From Candidatus Nanopelagicales bacterium (GTDB taxonomy: Bacteria > Actinomycetota > Actinomycetes > S36-B12): a stretch of 64,000 bases of DNA. The position numbers were made by a program, and so were the translations under genes. This document shows, piece by piece, positions 1 through 9,040 of the stretch. Below the pieces are notes generated by a model that did no database searches, was not told the origin of the DNA, and saw only the letters and a list, made by a program, of their open reading frames with translations. Location: positions 494 through 64,493 of the forward strand of contig JBMTDJ010000003.1 in assembly GCA_049431945.1 (NCBI GenBank). The letters run 5' to 3'. Numbering within the stretch: the first letter of the stretch is position 1; every line of letters begins with the position of its first letter.

Positions 1-1
1 T

Positions 2-418
2 GGGCCCTTGCGGCCCTTGCGGGCCCTGGGCTCCCGGTGCGCCCGCGAACCCCCTCGGGCCTTGAGGTCCGGTCGCGCCGGTGGCTCCCTTAGGGCCGGT
101 CTTCCCACGCGGCCCGGGGACACCCTGCTCATTCCAGGTGAGCAACTCCTCGCCGGTGACGCACGTATCGTCGGCATTGATGATCCGGAGGTCGCCGGTG
201 GCCACGGTGACGCAGGAGTAGATCTCCTTCGCCGCATCGCGTGCGGCAATGGCGGGCGCCACGAGCGTCGCACCGACGATGATGCCCGCGAAGGCGGCAA
301 CGCTCACGACCCACGCCGTGGCCCGGCGGGACGGCGAGACCGCCCCTGGCGGGCTGGCCCGGCGGGACGGCGAGACCGCCCCCCTCCAGCCGCTCCCGCG
401 CATGTGTCCACCCTTCAT
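2..418 (-). CDS. Collagen-like (Gly-X-Y repeat) membrane-anchored protein; 5' part only, continues beyond window start
   Basis: Hand translation of the minus frame from ATG 418 (alternative ATG 403) gives MKGGHMRGSGWRGAVSPSRRASPPGAVSPSRRATAWVVSVAAFAGIIVGATLVAPAIAARDAAKEIYSCVTVATGDLRIINADDTCVTGEELLTWNEQG. This is followed by VPGPRGKTGPKGATGATGPQGPRGFAGAPGAQGPQGPQGP. There is no stop in 139 codons and GC3 is strongly enriched. It is absent from the ORF track because it has no in-window stop. Confidence 0.6.
   Translation of the reverse strand, partial: MKGGHMRGSGWRGAVSPSRRASPPGAVSPSRRATAWVVSVAAFAGIIVGATLVAPAIAARDAAKEIYSCVTVATGDLRIINADDTCVTGEELLTWNEQGVPGPRGKTGPKGATGATGPQGPRGFAGAPGAQGPQGPQGP
319..382. 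repeat. Perfect 28-bp direct repeat (319-346 and 355-382), 36-bp period
   Basis: tggcccggcgggacggcgagaccgcccc occurs twice. In the collagen-like frame this encodes GAVSPSRRA twice, an in-frame 12-aa duplication. Confidence 0.9.
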
Positions 419-445
419 CGCCCTCCGCCCCACCGTCGATCCGGC

Positions 446-871
446 CTAGGCGCCTAGGTCCAGTGTGGACCGTTGGTCGGCGATTCGGGCGAGCAGGCCG
501 TTCACGAACGCCGGCGAGTCGTCCGTCGACAGCTCCCGGGCGAGGGCCGTGGCCTCGTCCAGGGCCACTGCCGCCGGAACATCCCCCCACAGCAACTCGT
601 ATGTCCCCAGTCGCAGGACGGCCCGGTCAACCCCGGGCATACGGTCCAGCGTCCACCCCAGCGAGTACGTCGACAGGATCTCGTCGATCCGCTCACGATG
701 CTCTACGACTCCGGTCACGAGCTCGCTCACATACGGATTGAGGGGAGCATCCCCCTCGTCCGTGCGCAGCCGGTCGGACTCGGCCAGAACGACGAGCGGG
801 TCCACGTCGCGGATATCGGATTGGAAGAGAACATCGAGGGCACGCTTGCGTGCCTTGTGCCGAGCAGCCAC
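446..871 (-). CDS. nusB: Transcription antitermination factor NusB
   Basis: NusB-like over its whole length (ARHKARKRALDVLFQSD..., ...SPAFVNGLLARI). I chose GTG 871 because the longer ORF to 994 would overlap efp. It sits directly after efp, as in other actinobacteria. Confidence 0.88.
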   Translation of the reverse strand: MAARHKARKRALDVLFQSDIRDVDPLVVLAESDRLRTDEGDAPLNPYVSELVTGVVEHRERIDEILSTYSLGWTLDRMPGVDRAVLRLGTYELLWGDVPAAVALDEATALARELSTDDSPAFVNGLLARIADQRSTLDLGA

Positions 872-872
872 C

Positions 873-1433
873 TCAGTTGACGCGACCGAGGTAGGACCCG
901 TCCCGCGTGTCGACCTTGACCTTGGTGTCGGCCTCGATGAACAGCGGCACCTGAATTTCCGCGCCCGTCTCGAGGGTCGCAGGCTTGGTGCCACCCGTCG
1001 ATCGGTCGCCCTGAACTCCGGGCTCGGTGTAGGTAATCATGAGCTCGACCGCCGCGGGGAGCTCAACATAGAGGGCATTGCCGTCGTGCAATGCGACGAT
1101 GCACTCCTGGTTCTCGAGCATCCAGCGCGCGTTGTCGCCTACGACGACGTTGGGAATCATCACCTGGTCATACGTCGAGGTGTCCATGAAGACCCAGTCG
1201 TCGCCATCTCGGTAGAGATACTGCATGTCCCGCTTGTCGACGTTGGCAGTCTCGACCTTGACACCGGCATTGAACGTCTTGTCGACGACCTTGCCCGAGA
1301 GGACGTTCTTGAGCTTGGTCCGCACGAACGCTCCGCCCTTGCCGGGCTTGACGTGCTGGAACTCCACGACCGCCCACAGCTGGCCGTCGAGATTGAGCAC
1401 AAGCCCGTTCTTCAGGTCATTCGTCGTTGCCAC
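873..1433 (-). CDS. efp: Elongation factor P
   Basis: [43 protein letters not shown] is the EF-P N-terminal signature. The start is GTG at 1433. Confidence 0.97.
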   Translation of the reverse strand: MATTNDLKNGLVLNLDGQLWAVVEFQHVKPGKGGAFVRTKLKNVLSGKVVDKTFNAGVKVETANVDKRDMQYLYRDGDDWVFMDTSTYDQVMIPNVVVGDNARWMLENQECIVALHDGNALYVELPAAVELMITYTEPGVQGDRSTGGTKPATLETGAEIQVPLFIEADTKVKVDTRDGSYLGRVN

Positions 1434-1452
1434 GCGCTGCCGTCCCCTTCAC

Positions 1453-2547
1453 TCAGCCCAGGGCCACGAGGTCGCGGTGCGACGTCGTGAGCGGCCTACT
1501 GGGACCCTCCCCCACCCAGATCGTGTCCTCGATGCGCACGCCACCCCGTCCTGGGAGGTAGATGCCCGGCTCGATGGTCACAGGTGAGTCGGCGGGGAGC
1601 ATACCCGTCGCGCGCACGCTGAAGAACGGCGCCTCGTGGATGTCCAGCCCCACCCCGTGACCCAGTCCGTGCCCGAAGAAGTCCGCGTAGCCGGCATCGT
1701 CGATGATCTCGCGCGCAGCGGCATCCACACTGCGAAGATCGGCGCCGGCGACTGCCGCCCGGCGCCCGGCGGCCTGAGCCTCGGCGACGATCCCGTGGAT
1801 CTCGATCTGCCAGTCTGCAGCTGCCCCTATGACGAAGGTCCGGGTCTCGTCCGCGTGATAGCCACGCACCGCAGCACCGAAGTCGATGAGGAGCAGGTCA
1901 CCTGGCGCCAGGGGTCGGTCGGTCGGCTCGTGGTGGGGCTTCGCCGAGTGCGGGCCGCCGGCGACGATCGTCGCGAAGGAGATCTCGTCCGCGCCGTGGG
2001 CGAACATCTGCGACTCAAGGGCTCGTGCGATCTCGCGTTCGGAGACCCCGACGCGAATCGATCCGAGGATGGCACCGAGTGCGGCGTCACTGACTCTGCA
2101 TGCCTCCTCGATGGCCGCCAACTCGTGGGCGTCCTTGACGATGCGCACACCCTCGACGACATCGGCTGTCTCCACCAGGGGACCGAGCCCGGCACTCTCG
2201 AGCGACCGCATGTCGGCCACGCTCAGATGGGCCGACTCCAGCCCAAGCGGGCCCTGGCCGGCCCATCGACTGCACACTGCGGCCAGGGTGCAGCGATCGA
2301 GGACCGTCGGCAGCTCCGGGCACTGCTCGCCGACCTGCACTTCGTACCGGGCGTCGGTGCCCAGCAGCACGTCGTCAGGCCCGAGGAGCAGCACCGCGTT
2401 AGAACCGGTGAAGCCCGTCAGGTAGCGAACATTCGACAGGGACGTGACGACCAGCGCGGCCGCTTCCGGCGCCGTCTGCCTCAAGCGATGCAGCACGCGC
2501 TGGCGCCGAAGAGCGTGAGTATCACTCATCCGATGCTGTCGGCCCAT
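1453..2547 (-). CDS. M24-family Xaa-Pro aminopeptidase/dipeptidase
   Basis: Carries the M24B metal-ligand motifs (LLIDFGAAVRGYHADETRT, FGHGLGHGVGLDIHEAP, GGVRIEDT). The start is ambiguous, either 2547 or ATG 2529. Confidence 0.88.
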   Translation of the reverse strand: MGRQHRMSDTHALRRQRVLHRLRQTAPEAAALVVTSLSNVRYLTGFTGSNAVLLLGPDDVLLGTDARYEVQVGEQCPELPTVLDRCTLAAVCSRWAGQGPLGLESAHLSVADMRSLESAGLGPLVETADVVEGVRIVKDAHELAAIEEACRVSDAALGAILGSIRVGVSEREIARALESQMFAHGADEISFATIVAGGPHSAKPHHEPTDRPLAPGDLLLIDFGAAVRGYHADETRTFVIGAAADWQIEIHGIVAEAQAAGRRAAVAGADLRSVDAAAREIIDDAGYADFFGHGLGHGVGLDIHEAPFFSVRATGMLPADSPVTIEPGIYLPGRGGVRIEDTIWVGEGPSRPLTTSHRDLVALG

Positions 2548-2977
2548 TCTCGGCGATGGCGCTCAGCGCGAGTCGGTAGGACTCGACGCCGAAACCGCTG
2601 ATGGTGCCGTTCACCACTGCGGCGATGACCGACGTGTGCCGGAACTCCTCGCGGGCGGCCGGGTTGGACAGGTGCACCTCGACCGTCATCGCACGCACCT
2701 GAGCAAGTGCATCGCGCAAGGCATACGAGTAGTGCGTGAATGCCGCGGCATTGAGGACCACGGGGGTCTCGGCGTCCGCCGCTTCGTGGAGCCACGCCAC
2801 GAGCTCCGCCTCGGAGTCTGTCTGCCTGACCTCGACAGCCAGGCCTTCCTGCTCCCCCCACTGCGTGCACAGACGACTGAGTTCGCTGTAGGACGTGTGC
2901 CCGTAGATCTCCGGCTCACGCACTCCCAGACGCCCCAGATTGGGGCCATTGAGCACGAGGACGCGTCGTGCGCTCAT
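2522..2977 (-). CDS. aroQ: Type II 3-dehydroquinate dehydratase
   Basis: VLVLNGPNLGRLGVREPEIYG and HLSNPAAREEFRH are typical of type II DHQase. Confidence 0.95.
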   Translation of the reverse strand: MSARRVLVLNGPNLGRLGVREPEIYGHTSYSELSRLCTQWGEQEGLAVEVRQTDSEAELVAWLHEAADAETPVVLNAAAFTHYSYALRDALAQVRAMTVEVHLSNPAAREEFRHTSVIAAVVNGTISGFGVESYRLALSAIAENGPTASDE

Positions 2978-4071
2978 GGGGTCACCTCCGAGTAGGCAGC
3001 CGCGAGTACTGCAGGATCCGGCCCCTCGAGTATGGCGGGCCTGGCCACGCCGTTGAGGATGACGAACCTCAGCATGTCTCCCCGAGCCTTCTTATCCACG
3101 CGCATCGCCGCCAGCAGCGAATCCCATCGGGCGTCTGCGTACGTCGTGGGCAATCCCACGGCACCGAGGACCTCGCGATGCAGGTCGACCGATGCGTCGT
3201 CGAGGTGCCCGGCCAGGCGTGCGAGTTCGGCCACATAGACCATCCCTACGCTGATCGCCGCGCCATGGCGCCACCGGTAGTTTTCGACTCGTTCGATCGC
3301 GTGGCCGAACGTGTGCCCATAGTTGAGGACTTCGCGCCCGAGAGGACCTCCGATGGACTCCCGCAAGTCCGCGGACACCACACCTGCCTTGACCTTGATC
3401 GAACGTTCGATGACGTCGCGCAAGGTGTCGGAATCCGCCCGCGTCACCCCCGCCGGGTCGGCGAGGACGGCGTCGAGAATCCCCGGATCGGCGACGAGCC
3501 CGCACTTGATCGACTCGGCCAACCCGGCCACCAGGTCGTGCTGCGGCAAGGTGTCCAGCGCGTGAAGGTCGCACAGCACTCCCGCAGGCTCATGGAACGA
3601 GCCGACGAGATTCTTGCCCGAGTCCGTGTTGATGCCCGTCTTGCCCCCGACTGCGGCGTCCACCATCCCGAGGACCGTGGTGGGGACCAGGACGATGCGC
3701 ACGCCGCGCAGCCAGGTGGCGGCAACGAAGCCGGCGAGGTCGGTCGTCGAGCCGCCGCCGATGCCCACGATGGCGTCCGTTCGTGTGAATCCCGCCTGCC
3801 CCAGAACCGACCAGCAGAAGGCAGCGACCTCGGGGGCCTTGGCCTCCTCGCCGTCCGGGACCTCGATGGCGATGGCCTCGAAGCCCGAGGCCGCAAGATC
3901 CTCGCGCACCGCCTCTGCGGTCGCCGCCAGGGCGGCGGGCGCGATCACGGCCACGCGTCGGCACTCGTCCCCGAGGAGACCGGCCAGTTCACTGAGGAGC
4001 CCGTGTCCGATCACGACGTCGTAGGGTCGCTCCGCGCGCACGGGAATTCGCGTGATATCGCTGTCGGTCAT
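2974..4071 (-). CDS. aroB: 3-dehydroquinate synthase
   Basis: GIGGGSTTDLAGFVAATWLRGV and NYGHTFGHAIE motifs. It overlaps aroQ and aroK in operon fashion. Confidence 0.95.
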   Translation of the reverse strand: MTDSDITRIPVRAERPYDVVIGHGLLSELAGLLGDECRRVAVIAPAALAATAEAVREDLAASGFEAIAIEVPDGEEAKAPEVAAFCWSVLGQAGFTRTDAIVGIGGGSTTDLAGFVAATWLRGVRIVLVPTTVLGMVDAAVGGKTGINTDSGKNLVGSFHEPAGVLCDLHALDTLPQHDLVAGLAESIKCGLVADPGILDAVLADPAGVTRADSDTLRDVIERSIKVKAGVVSADLRESIGGPLGREVLNYGHTFGHAIERVENYRWRHGAAISVGMVYVAELARLAGHLDDASVDLHREVLGAVGLPTTYADARWDSLLAAMRVDKKARGDMLRFVILNGVARPAILEGPDPAVLAAAYSEVTP

Positions 4072-4589
4072 GCCACCTCCAACGCGGCCACGACCGCCTC
4101 AACGACCTCGTCGGCGGAGCGCCCGTCCGTGTCGATGGTCCAGGTGGCAACCTCTTCGTACATCGGGGTTCGCTCATCGAGCAAGGTCATCAAGGTCCCG
4201 CGGACGTTGCCCAGCAGCAGCGGGCGGCTCGTGTTGAGGCCGACGCGGCGGGCCGCCTCGGATACTCCCACGCGCAGCCACAGGCAGGGTGCCTGAGCGA
4301 GTCGCTGCCTGGTCTGATCATCGATGACCGCCCCACCGCCGAGGGCGAGCACGCCGTCGAACTCGGCAAGGGCCTGGGCAACGATCTCCCGCTCTCGCGC
4401 GCGGAATGCTGGTTCGCCCTCCTCGACGAAGATGTCCGACACGGACTTGCCGACGCTCTCCTCGATGAGCTGGTCGGTGTCATGGAAAGCGACGCCCCAG
4501 TGTCGCGCCAGGCGCCTGCCCACCGTGGACTTGCCCGAACCTGGCGCCCCGATCACCACGATCGGGCGGGCGGTAACGCCCGGAGTCAT
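4068..4589 (-). CDS. aroK: Shikimate kinase
   Basis: Walker [16 protein letters not shown], the expected size, and a position between aroC and aroB. Confidence 0.92.
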   Translation of the reverse strand: MTPGVTARPIVVIGAPGSGKSTVGRRLARHWGVAFHDTDQLIEESVGKSVSDIFVEEGEPAFRAREREIVAQALAEFDGVLALGGGAVIDDQTRQRLAQAPCLWLRVGVSEAARRVGLNTSRPLLLGNVRGTLMTLLDERTPMYEEVATWTIDTDGRSADEVVEAVVAALEVA

Positions 4590-5764
4590 CGGAAGGCCAG
4601 GTGCTCGATGTAGGAATCAACGTTGCGCTGCGTCTCGGCCACCGAGTCGCCGCCGAACTTCTCCAACAGCGCATCGCTGAGCACGAGCGCGACCATCGCC
4701 TCGGCCACGATGCCTGCCGCGGGAACAGCGCACACGTCCGAGCGCTGATTGATGGCCTTGGCCGGCTCACCGCTGGCGACATCGACCGTCTGGAGCGCGC
4801 GGGGGATCGTGGAGATCGGCTTCATGGCCGCACGGATGCGCAGTGCCTCTCCCGTGGTCATGCCACCCTCGGTACCTCCAGAGCGGCCAGATGTCCGCGC
4901 GAGGCGCCCGTCTTCGCTCACGATCTCGTCCTGCGCCTGCGAGCCTCGGCGAGCCGCCAGGTCGAAGCCGTCCCCGACCTCCACTCCCTTGATCGCTTGA
5001 ATCCCCATGAGGGCCGCGGCGAGGCGCGCATCGATCCGCCTGTCCCAGTGGACGTGACTGCCCAGTCCGGGCGGAAGGCCGTGGACGACGACCTCCACCA
5101 CGCCGCCGAGCGTGTCCCCTTCGCGATGGGCCTCGGCGATTTCCTCCTGCATGAGCCGGCTCGCCTCATCGTCAAGCGCACGCACGGGGTCGTCGTCGAT
5201 GCGACCACGGTCCGCGGCCACCGGCACCGATCCGGCGGGGGCCTGAGCTCCCCCGATTCGGACGACATGACTGATGACGTCGATGTCAGCCACCTGGCGG
5301 AGGAAGGCCCGAGCCACCGCGCCCAGCGCGACCCTGGCAGCCGTCTCGCGAGCGCTTGCCCGCTCCAGGATGGCCCGGGCATCGTCGAATCCGTACTTCT
5401 GCATGCCGACCAGGTCGGCATGGCCCGGCCGTGGACGGGTGAGTGGAGCATTGCGCGCGAGCGACTCGAGTTCCGCCTCGTCCACCGGGTCCGCGGACAT
5501 GACCGCCTGCCACTTCGGCCACTCGCTGTTGCCGACCTCAATGGCGATGGGCGAGCCGATCGTCTCTCCGTGGCGCACCCCGCCGAGGATGCGCACCTCG
5601 TCCTGCTCGAATGCCATCCGGGCTCCGCGACCGGCACCCAGGCGCCGGCGTCGCAGGTCCTCGGCAACGTCAAATGTCGTCACCGACACCCCGGCCGGCA
5701 GGCCCTCAAGGATGGCGACGAGTGCCGCCCCGTGGGACTCCCCTGCCGTTAGCCACCGAACCAT
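4586..5764 (-). CDS. aroC: Chorismate synthase
   Basis: [12 protein letters not shown]... is the canonical N-terminus. I chose ATG 5764 over the upstream 5791 extension. Confidence 0.95.
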   Translation of the reverse strand: MVRWLTAGESHGAALVAILEGLPAGVSVTTFDVAEDLRRRRLGAGRGARMAFEQDEVRILGGVRHGETIGSPIAIEVGNSEWPKWQAVMSADPVDEAELESLARNAPLTRPRPGHADLVGMQKYGFDDARAILERASARETAARVALGAVARAFLRQVADIDVISHVVRIGGAQAPAGSVPVAADRGRIDDDPVRALDDEASRLMQEEIAEAHREGDTLGGVVEVVVHGLPPGLGSHVHWDRRIDARLAAALMGIQAIKGVEVGDGFDLAARRGSQAQDEIVSEDGRLARTSGRSGGTEGGMTTGEALRIRAAMKPISTIPRALQTVDVASGEPAKAINQRSDVCAVPAAGIVAEAMVALVLSDALLEKFGGDSVAETQRNVDSYIEHLAFR

Positions 5765-5833
5765 GTGGGCAATCCTCTCAGACGGCACCAAAGCTCCGGT
5801 CCGCCCGCGCCCGCCGGGGCGGCTCCGCCGTCG

Positions 5834-6478
5834 CTACCAGGCAAGGCCGACCAGGGCACCGCCGAGGAGGAATGGTCCAAAAGGCAGGGCTCGCTGAAGC
5901 GCTCCGCTGAGCGAACCGCGCGCGAGGAGTTGCCGGCCGACAAGGGCGACAGCCGCAAGTGCTCCGAGCAGGAATCCCGCGAATACTCCGATGGCCACCG
6001 CCTCCCAGCCCAGGAAGCCCAGATAGAGGCCCAGGGTGGGTCCGAGCTTCACGTCACCCATACCCAGGCCTCCAGGTCCGATGAGGGCCAGGATCAGGAG
6101 CACGGCCGTGACCGCGAGGGCCGCCAGCCAACCGCGAAGGTAGGCGCCGGTGTCGCCGGGCAGAAGCAGGAGCAGCGCTCCAGCGCCGAAGGCCATGGCA
6201 TTGAGTACGTCGGGGATGCGATGGCAGGCGAGATCAGTACGCGTGATGGCCGCAGACACCAAGGCGAGCGCCACCCAGGCGGGTAGGAGCGCCCACGACG
6301 GAGTGAGGAGACTTGTGGCCGCTGCAGCGACACCGGCGACCACGCCGGTCACCAGTGGCCTGGGCCGCAACGATGCGGTCCCCGGCGCGTGGCCCAGCGA
6401 CCATCGAGCCAGCCAGTCGAGAGCGGGACCGAGAGCGATGCCCAGGACGAGCACCACGGCGACGATGATCCAGGTCAC
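5834..6478 (-). CDS. A24-family prepilin (type IV leader) peptidase
   Basis: Polytopic membrane protein with both catalytic Asp contexts (TDLACHRIPD and GMGDVKL). Confidence 0.78.
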   Translation of the reverse strand: MTWIIVAVVLVLGIALGPALDWLARWSLGHAPGTASLRPRPLVTGVVAGVAAAATSLLTPSWALLPAWVALALVSAAITRTDLACHRIPDVLNAMAFGAGALLLLLPGDTGAYLRGWLAALAVTAVLLILALIGPGGLGMGDVKLGPTLGLYLGFLGWEAVAIGVFAGFLLGALAAVALVGRQLLARGSLSGALQRALPFGPFLLGGALVGLAW

Positions 6479-7326
6479 GGCGGCGAATTGCCCAGGGGGT
6501 CCTCAGCGTCACGGAGGCGTTCATCGTGCAACGCCGCCCGCATCGCCGACACCGGCGCCTGCATCCCGGTCATCAGCGTCACCTGATCCACGGCCTGCCA
6601 CAGGAGCAGGTCGAGCCCGTCGGCCACCGGCCCGCTCGCCGCGGCCCACGCTCGGGCAAGGGCGCTGGCGCTTGGGCCGTAAGCGACGTCCAGCAGGACC
6701 CCGGGGCGATCGGGGACGAACTCCGCCAACTCGTCTGCCGCACCCGGCGGGATGGTGGAGATGACGGCGTCGGCGCTGAGCCACCCTCGGTCTGACAGGT
6801 CACCCACGCTCACCGCCACCCCAAGGCCGACCCCGAGGTCGACCAGGGGAACGGCCCGATCGGGATGGCGCGCGAGAACATCGACCTGCTGGGCACCGAT
6901 CCCGGCAAGCGCCGCGAGTGCGCTCCGCGCCGTCGCCCCGGATCCAATGACGATGCCGGTGCGCGGCGCGAATGCCTCACCGTGCGCCTCTTGCAGTGAG
7001 CGACGCATGCCTTCGACATCGGTGTTGTGGCCCACGGTGCCGGCTTGCGTGAACACGACGGTGTTGACGGCGCTCACCTGCGCGGCCAGCGGTGTGACCG
7101 CATCCAGGAGCCCTAGGACATCCGTCTTCAAAGGCATGGTGAGCGACAGTCCGGCCCACTCGGGCCAGGAGCAGCTCGCCATGAATGCCGGCAACTGGTC
7201 CGTGGTGACATCCCTCGCCTCGTATTGCCAGTCCAATCCCAGAGCCGCATAGGCAGCCCGGTGTAGGAGGGGCGATCTGCTGTGCACGATCGGGGAGCCG
7301 AGGACGGCTGCGCGTCGGGTGGCCAT
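6475..7326 (-). CDS. aroE: Shikimate dehydrogenase
   Basis: AAVLGSPIVHSRSPLLHRAAY and NTDVEG motifs. I chose ATG 7326; the longest ORF to 7389 would overlap mltG by 58 nt. Confidence 0.85.
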   Translation of the reverse strand: MATRRAAVLGSPIVHSRSPLLHRAAYAALGLDWQYEARDVTTDQLPAFMASCSWPEWAGLSLTMPLKTDVLGLLDAVTPLAAQVSAVNTVVFTQAGTVGHNTDVEGMRRSLQEAHGEAFAPRTGIVIGSGATARSALAALAGIGAQQVDVLARHPDRAVPLVDLGVGLGVAVSVGDLSDRGWLSADAVISTIPPGAADELAEFVPDRPGVLLDVAYGPSASALARAWAAASGPVADGLDLLLWQAVDQVTLMTGMQAPVSAMRAALHDERLRDAEDPLGNSPP

Positions 7327-7331
7327 GACGG

Positions 7332-8435
7332 TCAGGGTGCCGTCGGCGCGGCCGTGGCGGCGTACGTGTCGCGGAACTTCTGCTTCCACACGAGGAATTG
7401 GTCATAGTCCGCCGTGAATCTCGTGGTGAGGGTGTCGGGGTCGACCGTGACGAAGTAGAGCCAGTCCCCCGTCGCGGGATTCAACGCTGCTTCGATCGCA
7501 TCCTGGCCCGGGGAATTGATGGGCGTCGGAGGCAGCCCGTCGATGACGAACGTGTTGTACGGCGACTCCGTGGTGAGCATGTCCTCCGTGAGGAAGAAGG
7601 TGTCCGTGCGCAGGGCGTAGTTCACCGTCGAATCGAACTGCAGCTTCATGCCCTGATTGAGACGGTTGTAGATGACGCGAGCAACCTTGCGGAAGTCGTC
7701 CGGGGCTACCTCTGCCTGGACCAGGCTCGCCACGATCAGCACATCGTAGGCCGACATCCCCAGGCGCTTGGCACGCTTCTCAAGGCGGACTTCATCGGCC
7801 GCGATGTCGAAGCGTCGCACCATCGCACCCAGCACCTCGGTCGCATCCCTGCCGGGAATCACCTCGTACGAGGCGGGGAAGAGGAAGCCCTCCGGCCGTC
7901 CCCCCGACCAGTCCGGCAGGCCAAGGCCCGAGGAGTTCACGAGGGCAGCCTCCAGGGCCGACACCGGGAGAGCGGTGCGCTCGCTGGTGATGCGCACGGT
8001 CTCGTCCAATCGCAGTCCTTCGGGAAGGACGAGAGGGGCCGCGCGACTCGCCGGATCCAGCATTGCCTCGATCACCTCGGCGGGATCCATCCCGGTCTGG
8101 AGCGAATAGACCCCCGGCCCGATGCGGGACGCGCGCTCGTCGAGTTCGGCGGTCGCGAGGAAGCTCGTGGCGGACGACACCACCCCAGCCTCGGCCAGGC
8201 GCGCCGCGAGGGTGGAGAGCGAGTCTCCGCTGTTGACCACGACGTCGACGGGACGACCGGCAGTCACGCCCACCTGGGTCTCAGGAGACATGCCACGCAC
8301 CGTGGAGAAGGCCCACACCCCGGCGACGATGAGCGCGATGACGCCAAGGGCAGTCACGGTCCACCGCACGGGACTGCGCCTATTGCGTGACGGCGGCAGG
8401 GGATCCTCGGTGAGGAAGGGCAGAAGTTGACTCAC
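7332..8435 (-). CDS. mltG: Endolytic murein transglycosylase MltG (YceG-like)
   Basis: N-terminal TM helix plus a YceG domain (ASLVQAEV..., YNTFVIDGLPPTPINSPG). Confidence 0.9.
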   Translation of the reverse strand: MSQLLPFLTEDPLPPSRNRRSPVRWTVTALGVIALIVAGVWAFSTVRGMSPETQVGVTAGRPVDVVVNSGDSLSTLAARLAEAGVVSSATSFLATAELDERASRIGPGVYSLQTGMDPAEVIEAMLDPASRAAPLVLPEGLRLDETVRITSERTALPVSALEAALVNSSGLGLPDWSGGRPEGFLFPASYEVIPGRDATEVLGAMVRRFDIAADEVRLEKRAKRLGMSAYDVLIVASLVQAEVAPDDFRKVARVIYNRLNQGMKLQFDSTVNYALRTDTFFLTEDMLTTESPYNTFVIDGLPPTPINSPGQDAIEAALNPATGDWLYFVTVDPDTLTTRFTADYDQFLVWKQKFRDTYAATAAPTAP

Positions 8436-8470
8436 GCTGGCCCTCCCTCCATGCGATCGCGGACGAACCC

Positions 8471-9040
8471 CTAGACGGTAACCGCTTGGCCCGCGCGAGT
8501 CCCGTCGGCGCGCTCACGGCCGAGGGCCGTCTCCAAGATCACGACCGCTGCTGCCTGGTCCACGTAGGCCCGAGACTCCTTCGTGCGCTTGCCCGTCTCG
8601 TGCAAGGATCGCTGTGCACTGACCGTGGACAGTCGCTCGTCGATCAGGTGAACGGGGATGTCGAGTATCCCCGCGAGTTGCTGGGCGAACTCCCGCGCAA
8701 CCTCAGCGGCCCGGCCCTGATTGCCGTCCAACCCGAGCGGCATCCCGACGTAGACGACGCGCGCATCGTACTCAGCCACGAGATGGGCGATGCGTGTCAG
8801 CGTCGTGCCGTCGCGAGCGAGAGTCACCTCAGGCACGGCAAGAATGCCGTCCGGATCGCTGCGGGCGACTCCGACGCGGACGGACCCCACATCGACGCCC
8901 AGTCGCGTGCCGCGCTCCAGGTCAGGACTCCCCGGCCAGATGAGCGACGTAGGACTGAACCGCGGCGAAGGCGTCGTCGATGGCGCCAGCGCGCGTGCCC
9001 CCGCCTTGCGCGATGTCATCCTTGCCGCCGCCCCGGCCAT
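8471..9040 (-). CDS. ruvX: Putative pre-16S rRNA nuclease / Holliday junction resolvase-like RuvX (YqgF)
   Basis: RLGVDVGSVRVGVARSD and DERLSTVSAQ motifs. The start is unresolved (9040 or 9019). The conserved core begins near 8905, so the 5' end overlaps the alaS 3' end. Confidence 0.82.
   Translation of the reverse strand: MAGAAARMTSRKAGARALAPSTTPSPRFSPTSLIWPGSPDLERGTRLGVDVGSVRVGVARSDPDGILAVPEVTLARDGTTLTRIAHLVAEYDARVVYVGMPLGLDGNQGRAAEVAREFAQQLAGILDIPVHLIDERLSTVSAQRSLHETGKRTKESRAYVDQAAAVVILETALGRERADGTRAGQAVTV

Noticed and set aside
445-458. 14-bp perfect palindrome CCTAGGCGCCTAGG across the nusB stop codon
   Set aside because: It lies largely within coding sequence, is too short for a stable terminator and has no T-tract. 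It is most likely coincidental, although CTAG is usually rare in high-GC genomes.
8-590. Track ORFs 8..457 (+), 129..590 (-) and 249..449 (+) at the window start
   Set aside because: They are Arg/Pro/Gly-rich with wrong-frame composition. The same DNA has a better minus-frame reading, the collagen-like protein, with GC3 bias, a TM helix and G-X-Y periodicity.
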